A stretch of DNA of 59,965 bases. Origin: an uncultured Lachnospiraceae bacterium. GTDB lineage: Bacteria; Bacillota; Clostridia; Oscillospirales; CAG-272. The number at the start of each line of letters is the position of its first letter. The first letter of the stretch is position 1. The DNA lies in the NCBI GenBank assembly GCA_964498965.1, contig CAZCJU010000004.1, positions 1-59,965 of the forward strand. The letters run 5' to 3'. This document shows, in pieces, positions 29,104 through 37,537 of the stretch. Position numbers and translations under genes: made by a program. The notes under the pieces were generated by a model. That model had not been told where the DNA came from. It saw only the letters and a program-made list of their open reading frames with translations, and ran no database searches.

Positions 29104-29235
29104 GTCCTCCGGTCAAAGAAATAGGTGCATTACACTTATATTTTTCCGACCTTGCAAGACTTTTAATCACTTTAAACGAAATTTAACAAAACATATTAAA
29201 TAAAGGAGCGGTAAGCCTGTTGTAAGCGGGCATTG

Positions 29236-29290
29236 CCTCATCCGTCGACTTCGGCGATGCCTTTTCCGAGGGAAGGCTATAGATGGGGGA
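29236..29290 (+). repeat. REP-like element
   Basis: CCTCATCCGTCGACTTCGGCGATGCCTTTTCCGAGGGAAGGCTATAGATGGGGGA; similar to 572-638. Confidence 0.65.
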
Positions 29291-29339
29291 AATTTCGCTA
29301 ACATCTTTTTCGAGAAAAAGCTATACGGCGTTACGGTAT

Positions 29340-29546
29340 TCAAATATCGAGTTCTAACTTTTCGAAGCCGTCATTGTAAAGCATAGATCTTTTGACAGAT
29401 CGTTTCATGGGATCGTAAACAAATTTACGGCACGAATACGCAACGGGGACGACACCTTTTTTCGAGCATATCATATGGTCGCGATTATACAACGGCGAAG
29501 CATACTCGCAGTAGGCACACATTTTTTCATATTCGGTTTTTTCCAT
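29340..29546 (-). CDS. Small Cys-rich putative metal-binding protein
   Basis: SD AAGGAG; CAYC..C.KKGVV....SCRKF.YDP.KR pattern. Confidence 0.75.
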   Translation of the reverse strand: MEKTEYEKMCAYCEYASPLYNRDHMICSKKGVVPVAYSCRKFVYDPMKRSVKRSMLYNDGFEKLELDI

Positions 29547-29611
29547 TTATCCGTTACTCCTTAAACACTACTGACGGAATTATACAACAAAAATCTCTCT
29601 TTGTCCATAGT

Positions 29612-30538
29612 TTAATCGAAAAAAATCGAAAAAGTGAGAAACGATAAGACAAACGTTGTCGCCGACTGTATCAATTTGCCTTTAATATACGTTTTCGATT
29701 CGAGTTTCGCCGTATTCAGGCAGGCGGCGATCTGCGACAAAACACACAAGCCGGAAAATGAAGCAAACGACGACAAGGCGGCAAAGGAAAGCGGTGACAG
29801 GGCGATATCGTTTTTCACGTTTACCATGCCGACGGTTATTTCAAGTAGTAGCAACACGGCATTTCGCACGCATCCGTTTTTCACGAGTTCTTTTAATCCT
29901 GCGGATATGACCGAAAAAACGACCGTAAATCCGCAGATAACGGGCATTGCACCGACCGAGGACACGACGGCGGCATTAAACGACGGGATCCTGCCCGACG
30001 TTTTGCTTTTACAAAACGCACTTCGGCATTTTTCCGCACCCACACCCGAAAAATACGCATACAAAAACGATGACATTCCGATACAGGCGTACATCACCGT
30101 TCCAAGTGTTAGGCTTCCCAGAACGGAGCCGCCTATAAAGCCTATGACAAAGGATGGGGAGGGATTATTCGAAAACGATATCAATCTTTGTACCTCTTCC
30201 TTTGATATTTTATTTTCTTTAAATAAACCGACAGACAGCTCCGCACATACGGGATAACCGCTTACGTATCCGAGCAAGAACACCGACGTGCTTATTTCGC
30301 TCAAATTCAGTAGTTTTGCGACTTTTCCTCCGAGTTGTTGTGCGACGATATCCGCATCGCCCGAAAGATAAAAATATTTCGCCAATACCGCAAACGGAAG
30401 CACCGACGGCACGATCGCACAAGCACACAGTCTGAGTCCCTCGGCGGCGGCAGGTACCGCCTTTTCCCTCATATATATCAAAAAGAAGCCCGCCGTAACA
30501 TACGGCAATATCAGCAATAAGATCTTCAGTCTTTTCAT
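29612..30538 (-). CDS. ylbJ: Sporulation integral membrane protein YlbJ-like
   Basis: GL.LC...IVPSVLPF, SGYPV, FSNNPSPSFVIG, LEITVG, FSGLCVLSQ; SD GGAGG. Confidence 0.8.
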   Translation of the reverse strand: MKRLKILLLILPYVTAGFFLIYMREKAVPAAAEGLRLCACAIVPSVLPFAVLAKYFYLSGDADIVAQQLGGKVAKLLNLSEISTSVFLLGYVSGYPVCAELSVGLFKENKISKEEVQRLISFSNNPSPSFVIGFIGGSVLGSLTLGTVMYACIGMSSFLYAYFSGVGAEKCRSAFCKSKTSGRIPSFNAAVVSSVGAMPVICGFTVVFSVISAGLKELVKNGCVRNAVLLLLEITVGMVNVKNDIALSPLSFAALSSFASFSGLCVLSQIAACLNTAKLESKTYIKGKLIQSATTFVLSFLTFSIFFD

Positions 30539-30612
30539 TCTTCCTCCGTCATGCGATTCGGTCATACACTTGATATTTTAATAATATTATTAAGAGGAAA
30601 GAAATATTTAAG

Positions 30613-30921
30613 GTGGCATATCAAATCATGAAAAAAAGAAGAAAAGGTGATGCACCTCCCGACGCTTTATCGCCTCTGCCGTCGTTTTTGCTCACGGGGC
30701 AGTCCGAATGTATAATCGACGGGAAATGCGAGCTTGTATTTTATTCGGACAAATGTATTTCGTTCGATATTTTCTACAAAAATCGAATTTTTTCGATATA
30801 CGGAGCTTATCTTGCATTATCCTGCATATCGCAGGGCAGCTGTGCCGTATGCGGAAAAATCGAACGTATTGAATTCGAGGACAAAAAAACATTTTTCGAA
30901 AGCACGGTACACAACGAATGA
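30613..30921 (+). CDS. yqfC: YabP/YqfC family sporulation protein
   Basis: About 100 aa, LP...L.G.....IDG...L..Y......I.G..L..........V.GKI..IEF pattern; directly upstream of yqfD. Confidence 0.7.
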   Translation: MAYQIMKKRRKGDAPPDALSPLPSFLLTGQSECIIDGKCELVFYSDKCISFDIFYKNRIFSIYGAYLALSCISQGSCAVCGKIERIEFEDKKTFFESTVHNE

Positions 30922-32063
30922 AAAGCTTTTCATATTATATTTCAAATATCACCGTTTTCTGTCCGTTCGAATACAAGGAACGACTTATCACGTTGTTTTT
31001 GCAAAACGGTATCGGTTTTACGGCATTAAGCGGTGACGGGGACGGAATGTATTTTAAGCTTTCGCAAAGCGAGAGCGAAAAAATATGCGATGACGGCTTA
31101 TTCAAGGTCACTTCGCACGGCGGTATTTTGCCGTTTATTTCGTCGCACGTCGATCGAATCGGGCTTTTGATCGGTGCGATCATATGCATTCTGTGTCTTT
31201 ACGCATCCTCGCTTTTTATTTGGGATATACAGGCCGACGGTGAGGGGATAAACGACGAACTGCTTTTATCCGTTTTATCCGACAACGGTCTGAGCTACGG
31301 TGCCTACATTCCGTCGCTCGACATAAAAACGCTGGAAAACAACGTTTTGATCACCTGCGAGCAATTGTCGTTCATATCGATAAATCTCGACGGAAGCACG
31401 GCACGGATAGAATACGGCATTCGAGAGGCTATTCGCAAGGACGACGACGATAACACGCCGTCGAACATAGTTGCGGACGAGGACGGGCAGATAATAAACA
31501 GAATAACTCAAAGCGGTTCCGCCGTTTGCTCACAAGGCGACGTTGTGAAAAAAGGCGAGCTTTTAATATCCGGTTTATACGAAAGCAATAGATTCGGCAT
31601 ACGGGCGGTAAAAGCACGGGGAAAGGTATATGCCGAAGTAAGTCGCAGAATAGAGATCTTTTATCCGTTCGAGGTATACGAAAAAGTCTACACCGACAAA
31701 AGTTCAACCGGCTTGAGCGTCACGTTTTTCGGAAGCGAAAAAGTTATTTACACCTGTAAGGAAGCACAGTTGTACGACGATGTCAGCAAATGCGAAAGCG
31801 TTACCGTATTCGGCGTTGTCAAATTGCCGATAAAGTTGCGAAAAACGGTACGTCGTGAATACGAATACGTAAAAAAAACTTATACCGACGAGCAGGTGAT
31901 CCGTTATGCGACATTTGAGTATGAAAAACAGCTTTCGGAAATGCTTTGCGACGGTGAGCTTACAAGCAGAGAAACGACTGTGGCTCTCGAGGACGACGGT
32001 TGCCGTATAATCTGCAATTTAACGCTTATACGGGATATTGCCAAGCAAGTACCGATGGGATAA
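30918..32063 (+). CDS. yqfD: Sporulation protein YqfD (SpoIV-like)
   Basis: TM followed by FIWDIQ, PSNIVADEDGQI, GDVVKKGELLISG, VKARGKVYA. Confidence 0.88.
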   Translation: MKSFSYYISNITVFCPFEYKERLITLFLQNGIGFTALSGDGDGMYFKLSQSESEKICDDGLFKVTSHGGILPFISSHVDRIGLLIGAIICILCLYASSLFIWDIQADGEGINDELLLSVLSDNGLSYGAYIPSLDIKTLENNVLITCEQLSFISINLDGSTARIEYGIREAIRKDDDDNTPSNIVADEDGQIINRITQSGSAVCSQGDVVKKGELLISGLYESNRFGIRAVKARGKVYAEVSRRIEIFYPFEVYEKVYTDKSSTGLSVTFFGSEKVIYTCKEAQLYDDVSKCESVTVFGVVKLPIKLRKTVRREYEYVKKTYTDEQVIRYATFEYEKQLSEMLCDGELTSRETTVALEDDGCRIICNLTLIRDIAKQVPMG

Positions 32064-32129
32064 ATCAAAAAGCGGAGCATTTGCATAAAATGATATTGCG
32101 GAACACCGCAAATACTCGGGAAAGGAGGA

Positions 32130-32363
32130 ATGCCTGTGGAAACAGGACGGGTGATAATTGCGACCGCATCTCAAACATACGCTTTAAAGGGTTCAAGGCT
32201 TCTGTCCGAAAAAGGGATCAGAAGCCGTGTGATAAGACTGCGTCCGAGCAAGGCACGGGACGGTTGTACATACGGAATTTCCTTAGCCACCGACAAGCGT
32301 GAGGATGCCGTTCGCATTTTACTGTCGGGCGGTGTACAGTATACGGAAATCATCGATGAATAA
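32130..32363 (+). CDS. DUF3343 family protein
   Basis: S.TYALKG..LL...GI...VIR........GCTYGI; SD AAAGGAGG. Confidence 0.75.
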   Translation: MPVETGRVIIATASQTYALKGSRLLSEKGIRSRVIRLRPSKARDGCTYGISLATDKREDAVRILLSGGVQYTEIIDE

Positions 32364-33492
32364 TATAATATACCTCGACAACGCCGCAACGACGTTTCCG
32401 AAGCCCGATAACGTGATAAAAGAGGTTCGTCGATGTTTGACGGAATATTGCGGAAATCCCGGCAGATCCGCACACCCGCTTTCGGAAAAAAGTGCGGAGC
32501 GGATATACGAATGCAGAGAAAAACTCTGTGCGTTTTTTAATCTCGGACAGGCGGAAAATGCGGTGTTTTCGTTTAATACCACATACGCTCTGAATACCGT
32601 GTTAAACGCACTGTTAAGCTACGGAGATCATGTCATAACGTCTAACGCCGAGCATAACTCCGTGCTTCGCCCTCTGGCACAGCTTTCACGCAGTAAACGT
32701 GTTTCGGTTTCGTATATCGACGCATTCACGACGCAGAACGATATATTGCGGCAAATCAAAAATGCGATCAATCCGAAAACGAAAGCCGTCGTACTGACTT
32801 ACTGCTCAAACATCTGTCCGCTCGTACTGCCGATAACGCAAGTAGGAGCGATCTGCAAACAATACAAGTTGCATTTTATCGTCGATGCGGCACAGGGTGC
32901 GGGAGTTTACGATATTGACGCAAAACGTGACGGAATTTTCGCTCTTTGCATACCGTCGCACAAATCACTGTACGGAATACAGGGAGCGGGTGCCGTATGC
33001 TTCGGCGAAGGCTGTAATGTATCCGAGCTGAAAAGCGTTTTCAGCGGCGGAAACGGGATAGAATCAAAAAAAGACACCATGCCCGAATTTTTACCGGAAC
33101 GGTTTGAAGCGGGAACTCTCTGTACTCCCGCCATCGTTTCGCTCGCCGAAGGGATACGCTTCGTAGAACGAACGGGGATCGAAAAAATTCGGGAAACCGA
33201 ATGCTCACTTTCGCAAATGCTGACGGAAGAGCTTATAAAGACAAAAAAAGCCGTCGTTTACGGCAACGGCTTTTCCCCATGCGTACTTTTCAACATCAGA
33301 GGAAAGGATTGTGAATACGTAGGGCGGTATTTGGCATCGCTCGGCATATGCGTTCGTTCCGGGTTTCATTGCTCGCCTCTTGCACATAAGCGGCTCGGAA
33401 CGTATGAAAGCGGTGCCGTTCGTGCTTCGTTCGGATGCTTCAACACCGAGCGTGACGTTGCCGCGCTCGTAAAGGCGATAAAGGAGCTTTAG
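32356..33492 (+). CDS. Cysteine desulfurase family (class V aminotransferase)
   Basis: IYLDNAATTFPKP, GNPGRSAH, EHNSV, DAAQ, SHKSLYG (PLP Lys), RSGFHCSP (catalytic Cys). Confidence 0.92.
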   Translation: MNNIIYLDNAATTFPKPDNVIKEVRRCLTEYCGNPGRSAHPLSEKSAERIYECREKLCAFFNLGQAENAVFSFNTTYALNTVLNALLSYGDHVITSNAEHNSVLRPLAQLSRSKRVSVSYIDAFTTQNDILRQIKNAINPKTKAVVLTYCSNICPLVLPITQVGAICKQYKLHFIVDAAQGAGVYDIDAKRDGIFALCIPSHKSLYGIQGAGAVCFGEGCNVSELKSVFSGGNGIESKKDTMPEFLPERFEAGTLCTPAIVSLAEGIRFVERTGIEKIRETECSLSQMLTEELIKTKKAVVYGNGFSPCVLFNIRGKDCEYVGRYLASLGICVRSGFHCSPLAHKRLGTYESGAVRASFGCFNTERDVAALVKAIKEL

Positions 33493-33516
33493 AGTACGCC
33501 GCACCGTTCACCGTTA

Positions 33517-33549
33517 CTCTTAAGCCTTCCTTTACGGAAGGCTTAAGAG
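33517..33549. terminator. Hairpin between convergent genes
   Basis: CTCTTAAGCCTTCC-TTTAC-GGAAGGCTTAAGAG, 14-bp perfect stem. Confidence 0.7.
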
Positions 33550-33579
33550 CCGATATGACTTTTCGTTCAACGGCAATGC

Positions 33580-34107
33580 CTATTTTATCATATATCCTCT
33601 GCCGTCCCTGAATGAACCGCATACGATCATAATAAAATCGCTGACAGTTCCGAATCCGAACAAACCGAGCGTAATCATCCACAGCAGTCCTGTCCCGACC
33701 TTGCCTGCGTAGAACCGATGTATCCCCAGAAAGCCGAGCCAAAAGCACAGCACCGCTGCGACTCCCCTTGATCTTCCGGAAATATATTCGTCGCGTGGTA
33801 ATGTCGTTTGCCTGTATCCCGTACCGTTTTCGTTTTGGTTATAATAATTCTGCACCGGGACACTTTGAACTTGCGAATATTGTTCTCGTGCATACTGACT
33901 TTGTGCGTTTTGTGTTTGACTGTTTTGCGTTTGACTGTTTTGTGTTTGACTGTTTTGTGTTTGACTGTTTTGTGTTTGACTGTTTTGTGTTTGGCGAGAA
34001 CTTTGATCATAATCGCTCGGTTTCGATGTCAGCCTTGTACCGCAGCTAGTGCAAAAGATCGCCTCGTTATCATTCAGGACATTACAATTCGGACAATGAC
34101 AATACAT
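33580..34107 (-). CDS. Zinc-ribbon plus TM2-domain membrane protein
   Basis: CPNC...FCTSCG zinc ribbon; Q-rich linker; AAVLCFWLGFLGIHRFYAGK.GTG.LW..T.GLFG TM2 signature; SD GAGGAG. Confidence 0.9.
   Translation of the reverse strand: MYCHCPNCNVLNDNEAIFCTSCGTRLTSKPSDYDQSSRQTQNSQTQNSQTQNSQTQNSQTQNSQTQNAQSQYAREQYSQVQSVPVQNYYNQNENGTGYRQTTLPRDEYISGRSRGVAAVLCFWLGFLGIHRFYAGKVGTGLLWMITLGLFGFGTVSDFIMIVCGSFRDGRGYMIK
33907..33993. repeat. 15-bp tandem repeat, about 5.8 copies, encoding (QTQNS)n
   Basis: GTTTTGTGTTTGACT units with one substitution. Confidence 0.95.
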
Positions 34108-34185
34108 ATTTTTTCTCCTCAAATCAAAAATCTGTCGAAAAGCTTCTTCGCATTTCAAATTCGCTTTTCGTAACGAAAATTTATT

Positions 34186-34236
34186 ATTCCGTTTCGGAAT
34201 TATTTATAGTATAATTCCAATTTGGAATTTTGTCAA
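34186..34236 (-). promoter_or_regulatory. Sigma-A promoter of the TM2 gene with two palindromic operators
   Basis: Minus strand TTGACA (34236-34231), 17 bp, TATACT (34213-34208); ATTCC-N5-GGAAT at 34214-34228 and 34186-34200. Confidence 0.75.
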
Positions 34237-34291
34237 GAGCTTTTTATCATAAAATCATAGAAAACCTAAATTTTTTAAAAAAAGGCAGTAC

Positions 34292-34579
34292 TTGATGAAA
34301 ACGAGAAAGCAAGAATACGGAAAAATGAATGCCGTGGGTAAAAATGTCGAAAAAATGCGTTTACAACGGGGAATAAAGCAACGTGATTTCATTGCTAAAA
34401 TGCAGGCAATGGGCTGTGACATAAATCCGACGAGCTATTCGAAGCTTGAGGGACAAGTCAGAAGTGCCACGGATATCGAAATATATGTAATAGCAAAAAT
34501 ACTCAACGTCGCAATGGAAGAACTGTTCGACGCAAACGAGCTTCAATTTAAGCAATTCGAAAAAACGTATAGGCTTTAA
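34292..34579 (+). CDS. XRE-family helix-turn-helix regulator
   Basis: VGKNVEKMRLQRGIKQRDF....GCDINPTSYSKLEGQ.R...D.E...IAKILNV..EELF. Confidence 0.88.
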   Translation: MMKTRKQEYGKMNAVGKNVEKMRLQRGIKQRDFIAKMQAMGCDINPTSYSKLEGQVRSATDIEIYVIAKILNVAMEELFDANELQFKQFEKTYRL

Positions 34580-34590
34580 GCAACACTTCA

Positions 34591-34635
34591 AAACAAAAAA
34601 TCGGATCCGATCGTTTCGGTTCCGATTTTTTGTTT
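34591..34635. terminator. Bidirectional terminator between the XRE gene and leuB
   Basis: AAACAAAAAATCGGATCCGA...TCGGTTCCGATTTTTTGTTT. Confidence 0.75.
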
Positions 34636-34688
34636 CGATCTGACTTTTTTCAAGCGGTATGTTCATCACACTTGTTCGGATGGACTGC

Positions 34689-35759
34689 TCACATATTTTT
34701 CGTTATCATATCGCCCATTTGACTGCATGAAAGCTCGTTTTTTCCTTCTTGCATTATATCCGCCGTTCTGTAACCGTCGTTTATCACACGATCGACGGCA
34801 TTTTCGATATTATCGGCTTCTTTCGGCATATCAAACGAATATCTGAGCATCATGGCAACGGAAAGCACCGTACCTACCGGATTTGCGATATCAAGTCCCG
34901 CAATATCGGGTGCGGAGCCGTGGATCGGCTCATACATTCCGAGGCTCGTATTCGAAAGCGACGCAGACGGCATCATACCGATAGAGCCTGTAAGCATCGA
35001 CGCTTCGTCCGACAGGATATCACCGAACATATTCTCGGTGACCACGACGTCAAAGCGTGTCGGGGCTTTTATCAGCTGCATTGCCATATTATCGACCAAA
35101 ATGTCGCAATATTCCACCTGCGGATAGCTTTCGGCAAGCCTGTGCATTACCTTTCGCCAAAGTCTTGATGTTTCGAGGACGTTTGCCTTATCGACGGAGG
35201 CTATTCGTTTGTATCTTTTCATCGCCGTTTCGAATGCCACTCTGCCTATTCGTTCTATCTCATGTTCCGAATACGCCATGATATCGGTTGCTTTCGCTTC
35301 GCCGTCTGCGTTTTCGGTTTTCTTTTCTCCGAAATACACGCCTCCGGTAAGCTCACGCACTATCACAAGGTCGATACCGTTATCGGTTATTTCGCTCTTA
35401 AGCGGCGATGTGGATGCCAACGGAGTAAAAAGTTTTGTCGGTCTGAGATTTGCGAAAAGTCCCAGCTCGCGTCTTACCGCCAGCAGAGCCTTTTCGGGTC
35501 TTATATCGGCTCGGCAGTCATCCCATTTCGGACCGCCTACCGCACCGAGCAGGACGGAGTCGGAGGTCTTACATATATTCATTCCCTCTTCGGTGATCGG
35601 TACTCCGTGCTTATCGATACAGCATCCGCCGATATCGACAAAATCATAATCGAATTTATGACCGAATTTTTCGCCCGTTTTATCAAGCACTTTGATAGCC
35701 TGTGCTATTATTTCGGGACCTATACCGTCGCCGGGCAAAACTGCGATTTTTTTATTCAT
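34689..35759 (-). CDS. leuB: 3-isopropylmalate dehydrogenase
   Basis: LPGDGIGPEI, GAVGGPKW, VRELTGG.YFG, NMFGDILSDEA, EPIHGSAPDIAG. Confidence 0.97.
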   Translation of the reverse strand: MNKKIAVLPGDGIGPEIIAQAIKVLDKTGEKFGHKFDYDFVDIGGCCIDKHGVPITEEGMNICKTSDSVLLGAVGGPKWDDCRADIRPEKALLAVRRELGLFANLRPTKLFTPLASTSPLKSEITDNGIDLVIVRELTGGVYFGEKKTENADGEAKATDIMAYSEHEIERIGRVAFETAMKRYKRIASVDKANVLETSRLWRKVMHRLAESYPQVEYCDILVDNMAMQLIKAPTRFDVVVTENMFGDILSDEASMLTGSIGMMPSASLSNTSLGMYEPIHGSAPDIAGLDIANPVGTVLSVAMMLRYSFDMPKEADNIENAVDRVINDGYRTADIMQEGKNELSCSQMGDMITKNM

Positions 35760-35765
35760 TTTGTT

Positions 35766-36251
35766 TTATTCCTCCGTGATCGACCTCATCAGTCCGCCCT
35801 TTTCGATTATCTGTTGGATAAACGGAGGAAAGGGCTGAGCATTATATACTTCGTTTTTTGTGAGATTCAAAATTTCTCCCGTATTGAAATCCACTTGAAG
35901 CTCGTCGCCGTTTTCAACTCTTTCGCTTGCTTCCTCGCACTCCAATATCGCAAGGCCGATATTTATGGAATTACGGTAAAATATCCTTGCAAAGGTCTTT
36001 GCGATAACAACGGATATTCCCGATTCCTTTATTGCGATCGGAGCGTGTTCCCGGCTTGAGCCGCAACCGAAATTGGCACCCGCAACTATGATATCTCCGT
36101 TCCGCACGGTCGTTGCAAAATCCGCATCGATATCCTCCATGCAATGACTTGCCAACACCGCTCCGTCGGAGGTGTTAAGATATCTTGCGGGGATTATTAC
36201 GTCCGTATCGACGTTATCATTATATTTATGTACTTTTCCGTGTACCGTCAT
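35766..36251 (-). CDS. leuD: 3-isopropylmalate dehydratase small subunit
   Basis: [32 protein letters not shown]. Confidence 0.96.
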   Translation of the reverse strand: MTVHGKVHKYNDNVDTDVIIPARYLNTSDGAVLASHCMEDIDADFATTVRNGDIIVAGANFGCGSSREHAPIAIKESGISVVIAKTFARIFYRNSINIGLAILECEEASERVENGDELQVDFNTGEILNLTKNEVYNAQPFPPFIQQIIEKGGLMRSITEE

Positions 36252-36262
36252 GTTATTTCTCC

Positions 36263-37522
36263 TTACAGGTCACGCACATCGCAGATATATCCTTTGACCG
36301 CCGATGCCGCAGCCGTTTGCGGCCCGGCAAGGTAGATCTTCGAAGTTGTATGTCCCATTCTTCCCACAAAATTTCTGTTTGTCGTGGCTATCGCCGTTTC
36401 GCCTGCGGCAAGTATTCCCATGTACCCGCCGAGGCACGGACCGCAGGTCGGCGTAGATACGGCACAGCCCGCTTTTACGAAAATTTCGATATAGCCTCGT
36501 TTAACGCATTCGAGATATACCGCCTGCGTTGCGGGTATGATTATACACCGCACGTTCGATGCCACATGTCTGTTCTCGAATATTTCCGCTGCCGCCGCCA
36601 TATCGGATATTCTTCCGTTAGTACACGAGCCTATGACGCACTGGTCTATCTTAACGTCGTTAAGTTCCGAAGCGTTCCTCGTGTTTTCGGGCAAATGCGG
36701 ACAAGCGACTGTCGGTTCGATATCGTCGAGTATTATATCATACACTTCATCGTACTCGGCATCGTTGTCGGCTTTGTACACGGTATACGGGTGTGTCGCT
36801 CTTTCCTTGTAATAATCGAGCGTAGTTTCATCGACATCGAAGATCCCGTTTTTGGCACCCGCCTCTATCGCCATATTCGCCATACACAGTCTGTCATCGA
36901 CAGACAGGGATTTAAGTCCGTCGCCCGTAAATTCCATCGACTTATACAACGCTCCGTCAACACCTATTTTGCCTATTATGTGCAAAATAACGTCCTTGCC
37001 CGAACAGCATTTTTTGAGCTTGCCCTTTATATTGAATTTTACAGCACTCGGGACCTTAAACCACGCTTCTCCCGTTGCCATTGCCGCCGCCATATCCGTC
37101 GAACCTACGCCCGTCGAGAATGCTCCCAACGCTCCGTATGTACAGGTGTGCGAATCAGCACCTATAACGGCATCGCCCGGTGCGACAAGGCCCTTTTCGG
37201 GGAGAAGGGCGTGTTCGATCCCCATTTCGCCGACATCGAAATAATTACGTATTCCGTAAGTTTTAGCAAAGCATCTGCACTTTTTCGTCTGTTCTGCCGC
37301 TTTTATGTCTTTATTCGGCACAAAATGATCCATAACGAGCGATATTTTGTTTTTATCGAATACCTGCTTAAAACCGAACTTTTCAAATTCATTTATCGCG
37401 ACGGGAGATGTGATATCGTTTCCCAAAACCATATCCAGTTTGACCTTGATGAGCTGACCGCTTTTCACCTCGCCAAGTCCCGCTTTATGTGCAAGTATCT
37501 TTTGAGTCATCGTCATCGGCAT
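36263..37522 (-). CDS. leuC: 3-isopropylmalate dehydratase large subunit
   Basis: [34 protein letters not shown]. Confidence 0.96.
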   Translation of the reverse strand: MPMTMTQKILAHKAGLGEVKSGQLIKVKLDMVLGNDITSPVAINEFEKFGFKQVFDKNKISLVMDHFVPNKDIKAAEQTKKCRCFAKTYGIRNYFDVGEMGIEHALLPEKGLVAPGDAVIGADSHTCTYGALGAFSTGVGSTDMAAAMATGEAWFKVPSAVKFNIKGKLKKCCSGKDVILHIIGKIGVDGALYKSMEFTGDGLKSLSVDDRLCMANMAIEAGAKNGIFDVDETTLDYYKERATHPYTVYKADNDAEYDEVYDIILDDIEPTVACPHLPENTRNASELNDVKIDQCVIGSCTNGRISDMAAAAEIFENRHVASNVRCIIIPATQAVYLECVKRGYIEIFVKAGCAVSTPTCGPCLGGYMGILAAGETAIATTNRNFVGRMGHTTSKIYLAGPQTAAASAVKGYICDVRDL

Positions 37523-37537
37523 TTTATTTTCCCCCTT

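Noticed and set aside
33907-33993. Possible CRISPR array
   Set aside because: Head-to-tail repeats with no spacers, lying inside a CDS, and no cas genes in the window.
34132-34351. TGTCGAA Spo0A-box matches
   Set aside because: TCGA-containing words are very frequent in this sequence, so isolated 7-mers are not informative.
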